From Actinomycetota bacterium (GTDB lineage Bacteria > Actinomycetota > UBA4738), in contig JBEDUK010000053.1 in the NCBI GenBank assembly GCA_040414485.1, positions 3,887 through 67,886 on the forward strand: a stretch of 64,000 nt of DNA, in the 5' to 3' direction. The notes beneath the pieces are model-generated. The model saw only the letters and a program-made list of their open reading frames with translations. It searched no databases and had not been told where the DNA came from. This document shows positions 1-8,022 of the stretch, piece after piece (the stretch's first letter is position 1; each line of letters starts with the position of its first letter). Made by a program: the position numbers and the translations under genes.

Positions 1-1
1 G

Positions 2-583
2 ATCCGGCAGGACGAATCCACCCGCCGGTCGGCCGCCATCCTGGTCCTGGACAACAGGACGGCGGCCTTCGGTGAACAGGGCTCCTCCGGTTTCGAAGCC
101 GCGGTCTCGGCCGCCGGCTCGCTCGGGGCGACCCTGTCCCGCTCCGGATTCACGGTGCGGTTCGGCACCGCGGACGCGCCGGCCACGCCGGTGACCGAGG
201 AGGTGCTCCTGGATCTCCTGGCGGGCATCTCGCCGTCGAGGGTGAGGACGCTCGGCTCCGCCCTCACGGGCCTTCGGGCCGCTTCCCCCGCCGACACGAC
301 GCTCGCCATCATCACCGCCCCGCCGACGGGCTCTGAGGTGGCGACGCTGTCCCGGGTGGGCACCACGTTCGGCAAGAAGGTGGCCGTGCTCATCTACCCG
401 CGGCCGCTGTCCCTGCTGCAGCCGGAGGCTGCGGTCGAAATGGACGGGCGGGCCACGGTGGCCCGCGCCTCGCTGCAACGGTCGGGCTGGACGGTGGTCA
501 TCGCCCAGCCGGAAGGAAAGCTGGCGGACGCATGGCGAAAGACGAAGACCCGGAAGCTCCTGGCAGCCGGTTCGGCATCCTGA
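2..583 (+). CDS. DUF58/vWA-like domain protein, 3' part (5' end lies outside the window)
   Basis: The frame is open from base 2 with no upstream stop. Its position immediately 5' of a transglutaminase-like gene matches the common MoxR-DUF58-transglutaminase operon layout. Strong GC3 bias. Confidence 0.45.
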   Translation: MRQDESTRRSAAILVLDNRTAAFGEQGSSGFEAAVSAAGSLGATLSRSGFTVRFGTADAPATPVTEEVLLDLLAGISPSRVRTLGSALTGLRAASPADTTLAIITAPPTGSEVATLSRVGTTFGKKVAVLIYPRPLSLLQPEAAVEMDGRATVARASLQRSGWTVVIAQPEGKLADAWRKTKTRKLLAAGSAS

Positions 584-2835
584 TCGGGCTGATCGTCGCC
601 GAACTCGCCGCGACGGCGGCGTTCGGCCGCGTCTATCAGGGCAGGGAGATCACGCTCAAACTCTGCCTCGTGGCGATGATCGCCACGGCGATCGCCGGCC
701 TGCTCATCCGGCAGAACATCATCCTGTCCACGCTCGCCAGCATCGCGGGCCTGCTCCTCACCCTCGGCCTGATCGTCTTCCCGGACACGACGCATTTCCT
801 GCTGCCGACCATGCGCACCCTGCGGGCGGCGCGGATCGCGCTCGGCCAGGTCGGACGCGACGCCAACGTCACGGTCGCGCCGGCGATCCCCCTCAGATCG
901 CTGTTGCTGGCTGGCGTCACGGCGGTGTGGACGGCCGCCTTCGCGGCGCACTCGCTCGCCTTTCGCGCGCGCAGCCCGCTCCTGGCGCTGACGCCGCTCG
1001 CGGCGCTGCTCGCCTTCGCCGGCGTCGTCGTCGACGACGGCGCGCGGCCCGGCTATGTCCTGCTCTTCATGCTGGGCGCGCTGGTCCTGCTGTTCGGTGA
1101 CGGCATGCGGCGGCTCGGCCAGTGGGGCCCGATCACGTCCTGGCGTGGGCGCCGCAGGTTCGCAGCCCGAACCGGCACCGCGGCGCGTGGAGCGTGGCGG
1201 GTCGCGGTGGGCACGCTCGGCGTGGCGCTGTTCGTCCCCTGGCTTCTGCCGGGGCTCGGTGCGCAGCCGGTGCTCAACCTGGGCGACAGCGCTTCCCGGG
1301 GCTTCTCGCTGAACCCCATCGACGACGTTCGACCCCGGCTGATCCAGAACCCGCACGCGCTCGCGTTCACGGTCAGGACGAACCACCCCACGTACTGGCG
1401 GGAGGCCACGCTCGACACGTTCGACGGCACCACGTGGAAAGCGTCGAACACGACGTTCAGCGATGCGAAGCCCATCCCCAGCGACGGACAGATCGCGCCG
1501 CCCGCCGGGGCGCCGCTCGCCACGGCAGGCGACAAGGTGGACGTGTACCAGCAGATCCATTTCGCGGGGCTGGTGCAGCCGTTGATCCCCCTTGCGCCGA
1601 ACCCGATCACGCTGACGATCTCGGACCGCTCTCCGGCGTACGACCCGCAGAGCGGCACGGTGACACTCGGGACCACGGACGTCACGCGAGACGGGACCGA
1701 GCTGGCCGCGACGTCCGAGCTGATCGTCCCGTCGGCCGCTGAGCTGGCCGCGATCCCGAACATCGCCGCGCCCGGGGATCCGTACACGCGCCTCCCGAGC
1801 GACACGCCGCAGGCGATCCGCACGATCGCCAACGCCCTGACGGCGGGGGCGACCACGCCCTACGCCAAGATCATGCTCATGCAGCAGACCATGAAGGGCT
1901 GGATCTACGACCAGCACGTCAAGCCGGACATCTCCAACGACGCGCTGCTGCGGTTCCTGCTCCAGACCCACCGCGGCTACTGCCAGCAGTACGCGGGCGC
2001 CATGGCCGTGCTGCTCCGGGCGCTGGACTATCCGACCCGCGTCGCGGTGGGGTTCACCAGCGGGCAGTTCGATCCGAGGACCAACCGCTGGCGGGTCACG
2101 TTCGCCGACGCGCACACCTGGGTGGAGGTTCGGTTTCCCGGCTACGGCTGGCTCGCGTTCGACCCGACGCCCACGCGGACGAACGTCACGATCTCCCGGT
2201 ACGACACGCCGTCGCCGCTGAACAACACGTACCTGACGAGCGGCGATCCGGTGAAGTCCGGCAAGGGTTCGCCCGGCGGCACCGGCAACACGTGCGTGGC
2301 GAACCCGCGGAACTGCGACCCGCGCACGCGCGGCGACCTGTTCCTCGGCCAGGCGCGCCAACAGCTCACCCCGCAGGACCTGCCAAGGTTCCACCCGAGC
2401 GCGGATCGAAGACCGATCGGCTTCACCGCGCTCGGCGTGCTCGCGCTGCTCATCCTGATCGGCCTGCCGCTGTTCAAGGTGTCGCGGCGGCGGTGGGCCC
2501 GCCGGCGCGGGCGCAGAACCGGCGGCCGCGTGCTGGCCGAGTACACGGCCGTGCTCGACACCGCGGCCGACGTCGGGTTCGGCAAGCGCCCATGGGAGAC
2601 GCTCGAGGAGTATCGGGCGCGACTGGTCGCATCGGTGCCGTTCTCGAACGGAGACTTCGACACGCTCACGGTGCTCGCCCAGCGCGCCGCCTACGCGGGA
2701 GGAGCCATGGCCCGCGAGGACGAAGCCGAGGCGGCCGAACGGAGGCGGCGCGCTTCGCGCGAGATCCGTCGCGCGGCCGGCCCCATGCGCTCCGTGGCGG
2801 GCGTGTACCGGCTGGGCCGGCCGGTGCACGACTGA
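532..2835 (+). CDS. transglutaminase-like domain membrane protein (TgpA-like)
   Basis: N-terminal multi-TM region. Core motif GYCQQYAGAMAVLLRALDYPTRVAVGF, typical of the transglutaminase-like cysteine protease fold. Arg/Ala-rich C-terminal tail. Confidence 0.85.
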   Translation: MAKDEDPEAPGSRFGILIGLIVAELAATAAFGRVYQGREITLKLCLVAMIATAIAGLLIRQNIILSTLASIAGLLLTLGLIVFPDTTHFLLPTMRTLRAARIALGQVGRDANVTVAPAIPLRSLLLAGVTAVWTAAFAAHSLAFRARSPLLALTPLAALLAFAGVVVDDGARPGYVLLFMLGALVLLFGDGMRRLGQWGPITSWRGRRRFAARTGTAARGAWRVAVGTLGVALFVPWLLPGLGAQPVLNLGDSASRGFSLNPIDDVRPRLIQNPHALAFTVRTNHPTYWREATLDTFDGTTWKASNTTFSDAKPIPSDGQIAPPAGAPLATAGDKVDVYQQIHFAGLVQPLIPLAPNPITLTISDRSPAYDPQSGTVTLGTTDVTRDGTELAATSELIVPSAAELAAIPNIAAPGDPYTRLPSDTPQAIRTIANALTAGATTPYAKIMLMQQTMKGWIYDQHVKPDISNDALLRFLLQTHRGYCQQYAGAMAVLLRALDYPTRVAVGFTSGQFDPRTNRWRVTFADAHTWVEVRFPGYGWLAFDPTPTRTNVTISRYDTPSPLNNTYLTSGDPVKSGKGSPGGTGNTCVANPRNCDPRTRGDLFLGQARQQLTPQDLPRFHPSADRRPIGFTALGVLALLILIGLPLFKVSRRRWARRRGRRTGGRVLAEYTAVLDTAADVGFGKRPWETLEEYRARLVASVPFSNGDFDTLTVLAQRAAYAGGAMAREDEAEAAERRRRASREIRRAAGPMRSVAGVYRLGRPVHD

Positions 2836-2874
2836 TCGATCGGGCGCACGCCGCGGCCCTCTGAGCGGAAAGCG

Positions 2875-3405
2875 TCAGATCCCGAGCTTCGCTTCGCGCT
2901 GCGCCTCGCGGAGTGCCCGGACGAAGTGGTCGCGGTCCCGTCGGAACTCGGCGACCTCGTCCGCGACCTGCCGGGTGACCTCGTCGATCGCGACGAAGAA
3001 CGCCATCTGTCCCTGCCGGAGCGCGTCCATCACCTCGCCCTCACGGCGGACGACGCGGAAGATCGAACGGCCGTCGGTCACGAGCTTCACCTCGGACAGG
3101 TGCTGGTCCAGATGCGCCCGTTCGTTCAGGAACTGCCACGAGCGGCGCACACGCTGCAGGGACATCCCGCCGTCAAGGAGCGACTTCACCACGCGAAGGG
3201 CGACCAGGTCCCGAAACGAGTACATCCGCGGCACGCCCGGTCGTCCACCTGTGCCCTGCACCGACGGTCGAACGAGTGCGACCTGGTCCCAGTACCGGAG
3301 CTGCCGCGGCGTGCAGCCGCTCAGCCGGGACGCCTGATGCGCGGTGAATCCCTCCAACGTTCGCTCCGATCTCGCTCGTGCCCGTCGTTCGAACCGACCG
3401 CCCAC
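2875..3405 (-). CDS. MerR-family transcriptional regulator
   Basis: N-terminal HTH region (…ASRLSGCTPRQLRYWDQVALVRP…) matches the MerR HTH signature. Confidence 0.75.
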   Translation of the reverse strand: MGGRFERRARARSERTLEGFTAHQASRLSGCTPRQLRYWDQVALVRPSVQGTGGRPGVPRMYSFRDLVALRVVKSLLDGGMSLQRVRRSWQFLNERAHLDQHLSEVKLVTDGRSIFRVVRREGEVMDALRQGQMAFFVAIDEVTRQVADEVAEFRRDRDHFVRALREAQREAKLGI

Positions 3406-3607
3406 CGGAGTGGGAGCGCCGGAGGGGAAGAACGACAGTTCTAGACCGCTCGGAGGCGGGATGCAAAAGACGGGTTCGACCTGCGACGACGCCCGGTCGT
3501 GGAACGGCCCGGCGACGAACCGATGGACGGCGCGCGACCGCGAGGTGTCCGAACGGGAGCGTCAGGAACGAACGTGGGCACCGGTCCGCGGGACCGGGCG
3601 GCGGCGT

Positions 3608-3982
3608 CTAGGAGTCGCGCCCGCCGGGTGGGGGCCGGCGGAATCGCTCGGTCAGACGGGCAAGGGCGGCGGTGGGCGAGAGGCGCCCGCCTCGCTCCAG
3701 CTGCCGGAGCTGATCGCGGCCCATCTGCTTGAGGTAGTGGTAGATCAGCATCGCCGAGCAGACCATCAGCGCGAACCCCGCGATGGCGATCCAGATGGAC
3801 ACCACGAAGAGCATGAGCATGAGGAAGCCGAGCAGCAGTCCGAGCAGGCTCCAGCGGATTCGCCGCAGAAGATGGACGGTGAGCGTGTACTGGCCGATGG
3901 ACTGATCGAGGCGCGGATCTTCCTCCGCGAGGCGGCGTTCGATCTCTTCGAGGATCCGCTGTTCGTGCTCCGAAAGGGGCAT
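3608..3982 (-). CDS. DUF3040-like small membrane protein
   Basis: Starts MPLSEHEQRILEEIERRLAEEDP, followed by two TM helices, which is the DUF3040 architecture. The start was trimmed from the track ORF to the internal ATG. Confidence 0.65.
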   Translation of the reverse strand: MPLSEHEQRILEEIERRLAEEDPRLDQSIGQYTLTVHLLRRIRWSLLGLLLGFLMLMLFVVSIWIAIAGFALMVCSAMLIYHYLKQMGRDQLRQLERGGRLSPTAALARLTERFRRPPPGGRDS

Positions 3983-4037
3983 CCCGACCTCTCTCGACGT
4001 CCCTGTTCGGATTATAGGGACCCTTTCGTGTGTAGGG

Positions 4038-5249
4038 CTATCCCGACTCGTCTTCGCTGCCCGGGGCGTCCGGATCGGGCCGGCTCGAGCCGCGCAGGAG
4101 CGCCGCCGGCACCGCCGCTCCTCGTCCGAACTTCCCAGCAACCCGATCAAGCGCCCGCTCCGCGTCGCTCCAGCGATCCTCCTCGGCCAACGCCCGTTGA
4201 TCCGCCCCGGCGCCCACCAGGTTCGTCGCCGCCACGCCCAGCAGGCGGAACCGCCGCCGCGATGCGGGCAGCGCCTCGTACAGCTCGCTCGCCACGCGGA
4301 ACAGGTCGGCCGCGGTGTCCGTTGGGTCGGGCAGCGTCCGAGCGCGCGTGAAGGTGGTGAAGCTCGGCAGGCGGAACTTCACGCTGATCGTCCGTGCCCG
4401 GTAGCCGTCGGCGCGGAGACGCTCGGCCACCCGATGCGACAGCCGAAGCAGCTCGCGCAGCACGTCCTGGCGATCCTCCAGGTCGCGCGCGAACGTCGAC
4501 TCGTTGCTGACCGACTTGGCGGATTCATGCGGGACGACCCGGCGCGGATCGATCCCGTTGGCCAGATCGCGCAGCCCCCTGGCGTGGTTCTCACCCAGGA
4601 CCCGCTCCAGCAGCGACATGGGTGTCGTGGTCAGCTCCCGGACGGTCCGGATGCCCAGGCGCGACAGGGCCTCGGCGGTGCGGTCCCCCACGCCCCACAG
4701 CGCGCCGACGGGAAGCGGGTGCAGGAACTCGAGCACGTGGCCGGCGGGCACCACGATCATGCCGTCGGGCTTGGCGCGCGTGGAGGCGAGCTTCGCGACG
4801 AACTTGGTCGGCGCGACTCCCACGCTGCAGATCAGACCGAGCTCATCCTTGACCCGCGCGCGGATGTCGCGTCCGATCTGCGCCGGCTCGCCGAAGAGCC
4901 GCGTGGCGCCCGACACGTCGAGGAAGGCCTCGTCCAGCGACAGCGGCTCCACGAGCGGCGTGAACGACTGCAGGATCTCCTTGAAGCGCTTGGAGTACGA
5001 CACGTAGGACCGGAAGTCCGGCGGGACGAACACGGCGTCCGGGCACAGGCGCTTCGCCCGCGCGGACGGCATGGCCGAGTGAAGCCCGCGGGCGCGCGCC
5101 TCGTACGAGGCCGACATCACCACGCCGCGGCCGCCGGCCGCGCCGACCACGACCGGCTTCCCGGCGAGGCGCGGGTCCTTCAGCACCTCGACCGAGGCGT
5201 AGAAGGCGTCGAGGTCCACGTGCAGGATCGGCTCGCTGGGTGCCGTCAC
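4038..5249 (-). CDS. dinB: DNA polymerase IV (Y-family)
   Basis: ILHVDLDAFYASVEVL…VMSASYEARARGLHSAMP is the Y-family polymerase catalytic core. GTG start chosen at VTAPSEPILHVDLD. Confidence 0.9.
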   Translation of the reverse strand: MTAPSEPILHVDLDAFYASVEVLKDPRLAGKPVVVGAAGGRGVVMSASYEARARGLHSAMPSARAKRLCPDAVFVPPDFRSYVSYSKRFKEILQSFTPLVEPLSLDEAFLDVSGATRLFGEPAQIGRDIRARVKDELGLICSVGVAPTKFVAKLASTRAKPDGMIVVPAGHVLEFLHPLPVGALWGVGDRTAEALSRLGIRTVRELTTTPMSLLERVLGENHARGLRDLANGIDPRRVVPHESAKSVSNESTFARDLEDRQDVLRELLRLSHRVAERLRADGYRARTISVKFRLPSFTTFTRARTLPDPTDTAADLFRVASELYEALPASRRRFRLLGVAATNLVGAGADQRALAEEDRWSDAERALDRVAGKFGRGAAVPAALLRGSSRPDPDAPGSEDESG

Positions 5250-5392
5250 GCGTCCGCCCGCCCTGGTCGTCGGTTGGTGGTCGCCACGCTTGCGCGTGCC
5301 GGTTCTTTCGGATCGTACCGATCCCGGCCGACAAGTCCGGAGCCCGGCGGGATACCGCCGGCGCGCCACCGGAACCAGGCCGGTACCGGGTC

Positions 5393-5422
5393 TTGACGGA
5401 TCGAACACATGTTCGGTATAAC
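5393..5422 (+). promoter_or_regulatory. sigma70-like promoter (TTGACG-N18-TATAAC) whose spacer contains the SOS box
   Basis: -35 TTGACG at 5393-5398 and -10 TATAAC at 5417-5422. Oriented toward imuA'. Confidence 0.35.
5401..5416. promoter_or_regulatory. LexA operator (actinobacterial SOS box TCGAAC-N4-GTTCGA type)
   Basis: TCGAACacatGTTCGG is a near-perfect palindrome matching the Mycobacterium/Streptomyces LexA box. It lies in the divergent dinB / imuA' intergenic region. Confidence 0.65.
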
Positions 5423-5554
5423 GACGATTCCGTGTCCGTGTCCATTCCTTCATCAGCCGTCCGATCCGTTGGCGAACGGCGGGCCCGCCGGCCCGTCGAC
5501 GCCGCCGCGCGTGGCCGCCTGGTCTCGCTCGCGGGCGCACCGGCGCCCGTCTCC

Positions 5555-6250
5555 ATGGCGAACGACCGGCTCCTCCCGGCAGTCCCGGGACTGGCCGGCC
5601 TGCTGCCAGACGGCGGGCTGCGCCGGGGTTCGACCATCGCCGTGTCGGGCGGGGTGGAGGGCGGCGGGGGCACGTCGCTCGCCCTTGCCGTGGCGGCCGG
5701 GCCCTCCGGCGCCGGATCCTGGTGCGCCGCGATCGGGGCGCCGCCGCTCGGCCTGGTCGCCGCCTCCGAGATGGGGATCGCGCTCGAACGGTTCCCGCTG
5801 ATCCGCGCCGGCGGCCGGGCGTGGGTGCGCACGGTGGCGGCCGCGCTCGAGGCGTTCGACGTGATCATGGCGTGGCCGGTGCGGGGCGTCTCCATCGAGG
5901 AGGCCCGCCGGCTGACGGCGCTCGGGCGCGAACGGGGTGCCGTGCTGGTCACTTGTGGACCCGGGTGGCCCGAGCGGACCGATCTGCGGCTGGAGGCGGT
6001 CCGGTCCGAATGGATCGGCCTCGAACGGGGCCACGGCCGCCTGCGGGCGCGTCGGATCGAGGTGGCGGTCGGCGGCCGGGGCGCCGCGTCCGTTGAACGG
6101 CGAACGGCGCTGTGGCTCCCCTCGCCGGAGGGCCGGATCGAAGCAGCACCGGAGACAGGGTTCATCGCGCCGGCGGTGATCGACGCCGGGCTCGACGCCG
6201 CGTTCGCCGGCATCTCCGACGACGACACGGTCGCCGTAACGGCTGGATGA
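5555..6250 (+). CDS. imuA: ImuA'-like protein (RecA-fold mutasome accessory)
   Basis: About 230 aa, Gly/Ala-rich RecA-like core (TIAVSGGVEGGGGTSLALAVAA…). It sits 4 bp upstream of imuB in canonical cassette order. The start could instead be an upstream GTG near 5492. Confidence 0.65.
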   Translation: MANDRLLPAVPGLAGLLPDGGLRRGSTIAVSGGVEGGGGTSLALAVAAGPSGAGSWCAAIGAPPLGLVAASEMGIALERFPLIRAGGRAWVRTVAAALEAFDVIMAWPVRGVSIEEARRLTALGRERGAVLVTCGPGWPERTDLRLEAVRSEWIGLERGHGRLRARRIEVAVGGRGAASVERRTALWLPSPEGRIEAAPETGFIAPAVIDAGLDAAFAGISDDDTVAVTAG

Positions 6251-6254
6251 GCCC

Positions 6255-7847
6255 GTGGGCGTTCGAACCCTCGCCGTGTGGTGCCCCGACTGGCCCGTCA
6301 CCGCGGCCGGTCACGGCCGGGACGAGGCCGTCGCCGTTCTGGCGAAGGGCCGTGTGGTCGCCTGCTCCGAAGCCGCCCGCGCCGAAGGAGTCGCTCCCGG
6401 CCTTCGCCGCCGGCAGGCCGAGAGCCGGTGCTCGGGCCTGGCGGTCGTGGACGACGACCCGGCCCGCGATGCCCGGGCATTCGAGCCGGTCGTGGCCTCC
6501 GTCGAGGCGGCGGCACCCACCGTGGAGATCCTCACGCCCGGCCTCTGCGCGCTCCCTGCCCGTGGGCCGGCGCGCTACTACGGCTCGGAGCCGGCCGCGG
6601 TCACGTGGATCACGGAGGCGGTCGAACGCACCACCGGCCCCGGCGGGTGCCGCGTGGGGATCGCCGAAGGATCCTGGGCGGCCTCCCAGGCCGCACGCCG
6701 CGCCGTCATCGTGGAACCCGGCTCCGGTCCGACCGAACGGTTCCTGGCGAGGCTTCCCGTCGACGTCCTCGACGACCCCGACCTGACCGATCACTTCCGG
6801 CGCCTGGGGCTTCGGCTCCTGGGCGACGTCGCCGCGCTGCCGGCCGCATCCGTGCTCGAGCGGTTCGGACCTTCCGGCGCGCGCGCGCACCGCCTGGCCT
6901 CCGGACGGGACGAGCGCCCACATCTCCCCCGCGTCCCTCCGGAGGACCTCGCGGTGTCCATGGGGTTCGATCCCCCGGCCGACCGCCTGGACACGGTGCT
7001 GTTCGCGGCGCGGCAACTGGCGGCGGAACTGGCCGTGCACCTCGATGAGCGGGTCCTCGGCTGCACGGTCCTGGCGATCGAGGCGGAGACCGCGGGCGGC
7101 CGGATGCTGGTCCGCCGGTGGCGGCACGAGGATGGGCTGACACCGCAGGCGCTGTCCGAACGGGTGCGCTGGCAGGTCGAAGCGTGGCTGCTGCGTGGCG
7201 GGGAGGACGGCGCCGGCGTGCCCGGTGGCCTGGCGCGGCTTCGGCTGATCCCCGAGCTCGTGCATCCCGAACGTGGCCGGCAACTGGGCTTCTGGGGCGC
7301 GAGCGCGGCCGACGAACTGGTTGCCGGTGCGCTGGTCCGCATGCAGGGCATGCTCGGCGCCGAAGCGGTGGCCACGGCCACGCTCGTGGGCGGGCGGACC
7401 CCGTCGGCCCGGGTCCGCGTGACGCCGTGGGGAGCGACGCCGCCGGAGGGCGAATGTGTGTCGACGGGTACGGGGCGCGGCGGGAAGGCCGGCGTTCGCG
7501 GCCCGCGTGCCCCCGAACGGCCGGCGTGGCCCGGCCGGATCCCTCCTCCGTCGCCTGCGACCGTCTACGCGGAGCCTCCCGGCGTCGCGCTTCTGGACGG
7601 TGCCGGCGCGCCGGTCACCGTGGACGTACGCGGTCATCCGAGCGGTGCGCCGGCGATCCTGCGTGCCGCCGGCATGGCCCCGGCGGACGTGGGCGCCTGG
7701 GCGGGACCGTGGCCGGCCGACGAGCGGTGGTGGGATCCGGCGGCGCGCTGCCGGCGGGTGAGGATGCAGGTGCTCACGCTCGGCGGCGAGGCGCACCTGC
7801 TGGCGTTCGACGGCGATCGGTGGCTGCTGGAGGCGACGTATGACTGA
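6255..7847 (+). CDS. imuB: ImuB (catalytically inactive Y-family polymerase paralogue)
   Basis: N-terminus MGVRTLAVWCPDWPV… is the ImuB hallmark. 530 aa. Position between imuA' and dnaE2. Confidence 0.8.
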   Translation: MGVRTLAVWCPDWPVTAAGHGRDEAVAVLAKGRVVACSEAARAEGVAPGLRRRQAESRCSGLAVVDDDPARDARAFEPVVASVEAAAPTVEILTPGLCALPARGPARYYGSEPAAVTWITEAVERTTGPGGCRVGIAEGSWAASQAARRAVIVEPGSGPTERFLARLPVDVLDDPDLTDHFRRLGLRLLGDVAALPAASVLERFGPSGARAHRLASGRDERPHLPRVPPEDLAVSMGFDPPADRLDTVLFAARQLAAELAVHLDERVLGCTVLAIEAETAGGRMLVRRWRHEDGLTPQALSERVRWQVEAWLLRGGEDGAGVPGGLARLRLIPELVHPERGRQLGFWGASAADELVAGALVRMQGMLGAEAVATATLVGGRTPSARVRVTPWGATPPEGECVSTGTGRGGKAGVRGPRAPERPAWPGRIPPPSPATVYAEPPGVALLDGAGAPVTVDVRGHPSGAPAILRAAGMAPADVGAWAGPWPADERWWDPAARCRRVRMQVLTLGGEAHLLAFDGDRWLLEATYD

Positions 7848-7922
7848 GCTCGCGGGGCGGACCGGCCGCCACCCCCGCCGCGATCCCAGCCGTGATCCCG
7901 GCGGCGACCCTGGCCGTGTCCC

Positions 7923-7964
7923 CGCCGTCGCCATATGTATGGCGTATGGCGGTATGGCGACGGC
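7923..7964. repeat. 12-bp perfect inverted repeat (GCCGTCGCCATA / TATGGCGACGGC) enclosing TATGGCG x3 tandem heptamers
   Basis: Read directly in the imuB-dnaE2 intergenic gap. Confidence 0.6.
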
Positions 7965-8022
7965 TGCGCCGCGAAGGGCAGCCGGCGCGCGAACACGGCG
8001 CTGAAGAGGGAGCAGAACCGAC

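Noticed and set aside
394-2829. 811-aa ORF antisense to the transglutaminase-like gene
   Set aside because: Arg/Gly/Pro/Ala-rich with no motifs. It mirrors the GC3 of the real sense gene, as expected for a high-GC shadow frame.
4001-4040. TAGGG…TAGGG direct repeat downstream of dinB
   Set aside because: Two 5-mers 18 nt apart, which is too weak to call a motif.
3344-4351. 335-aa plus-strand ORF
   Set aside because: Overlaps DUF3040 and dinB on the opposite strand. Low-complexity.
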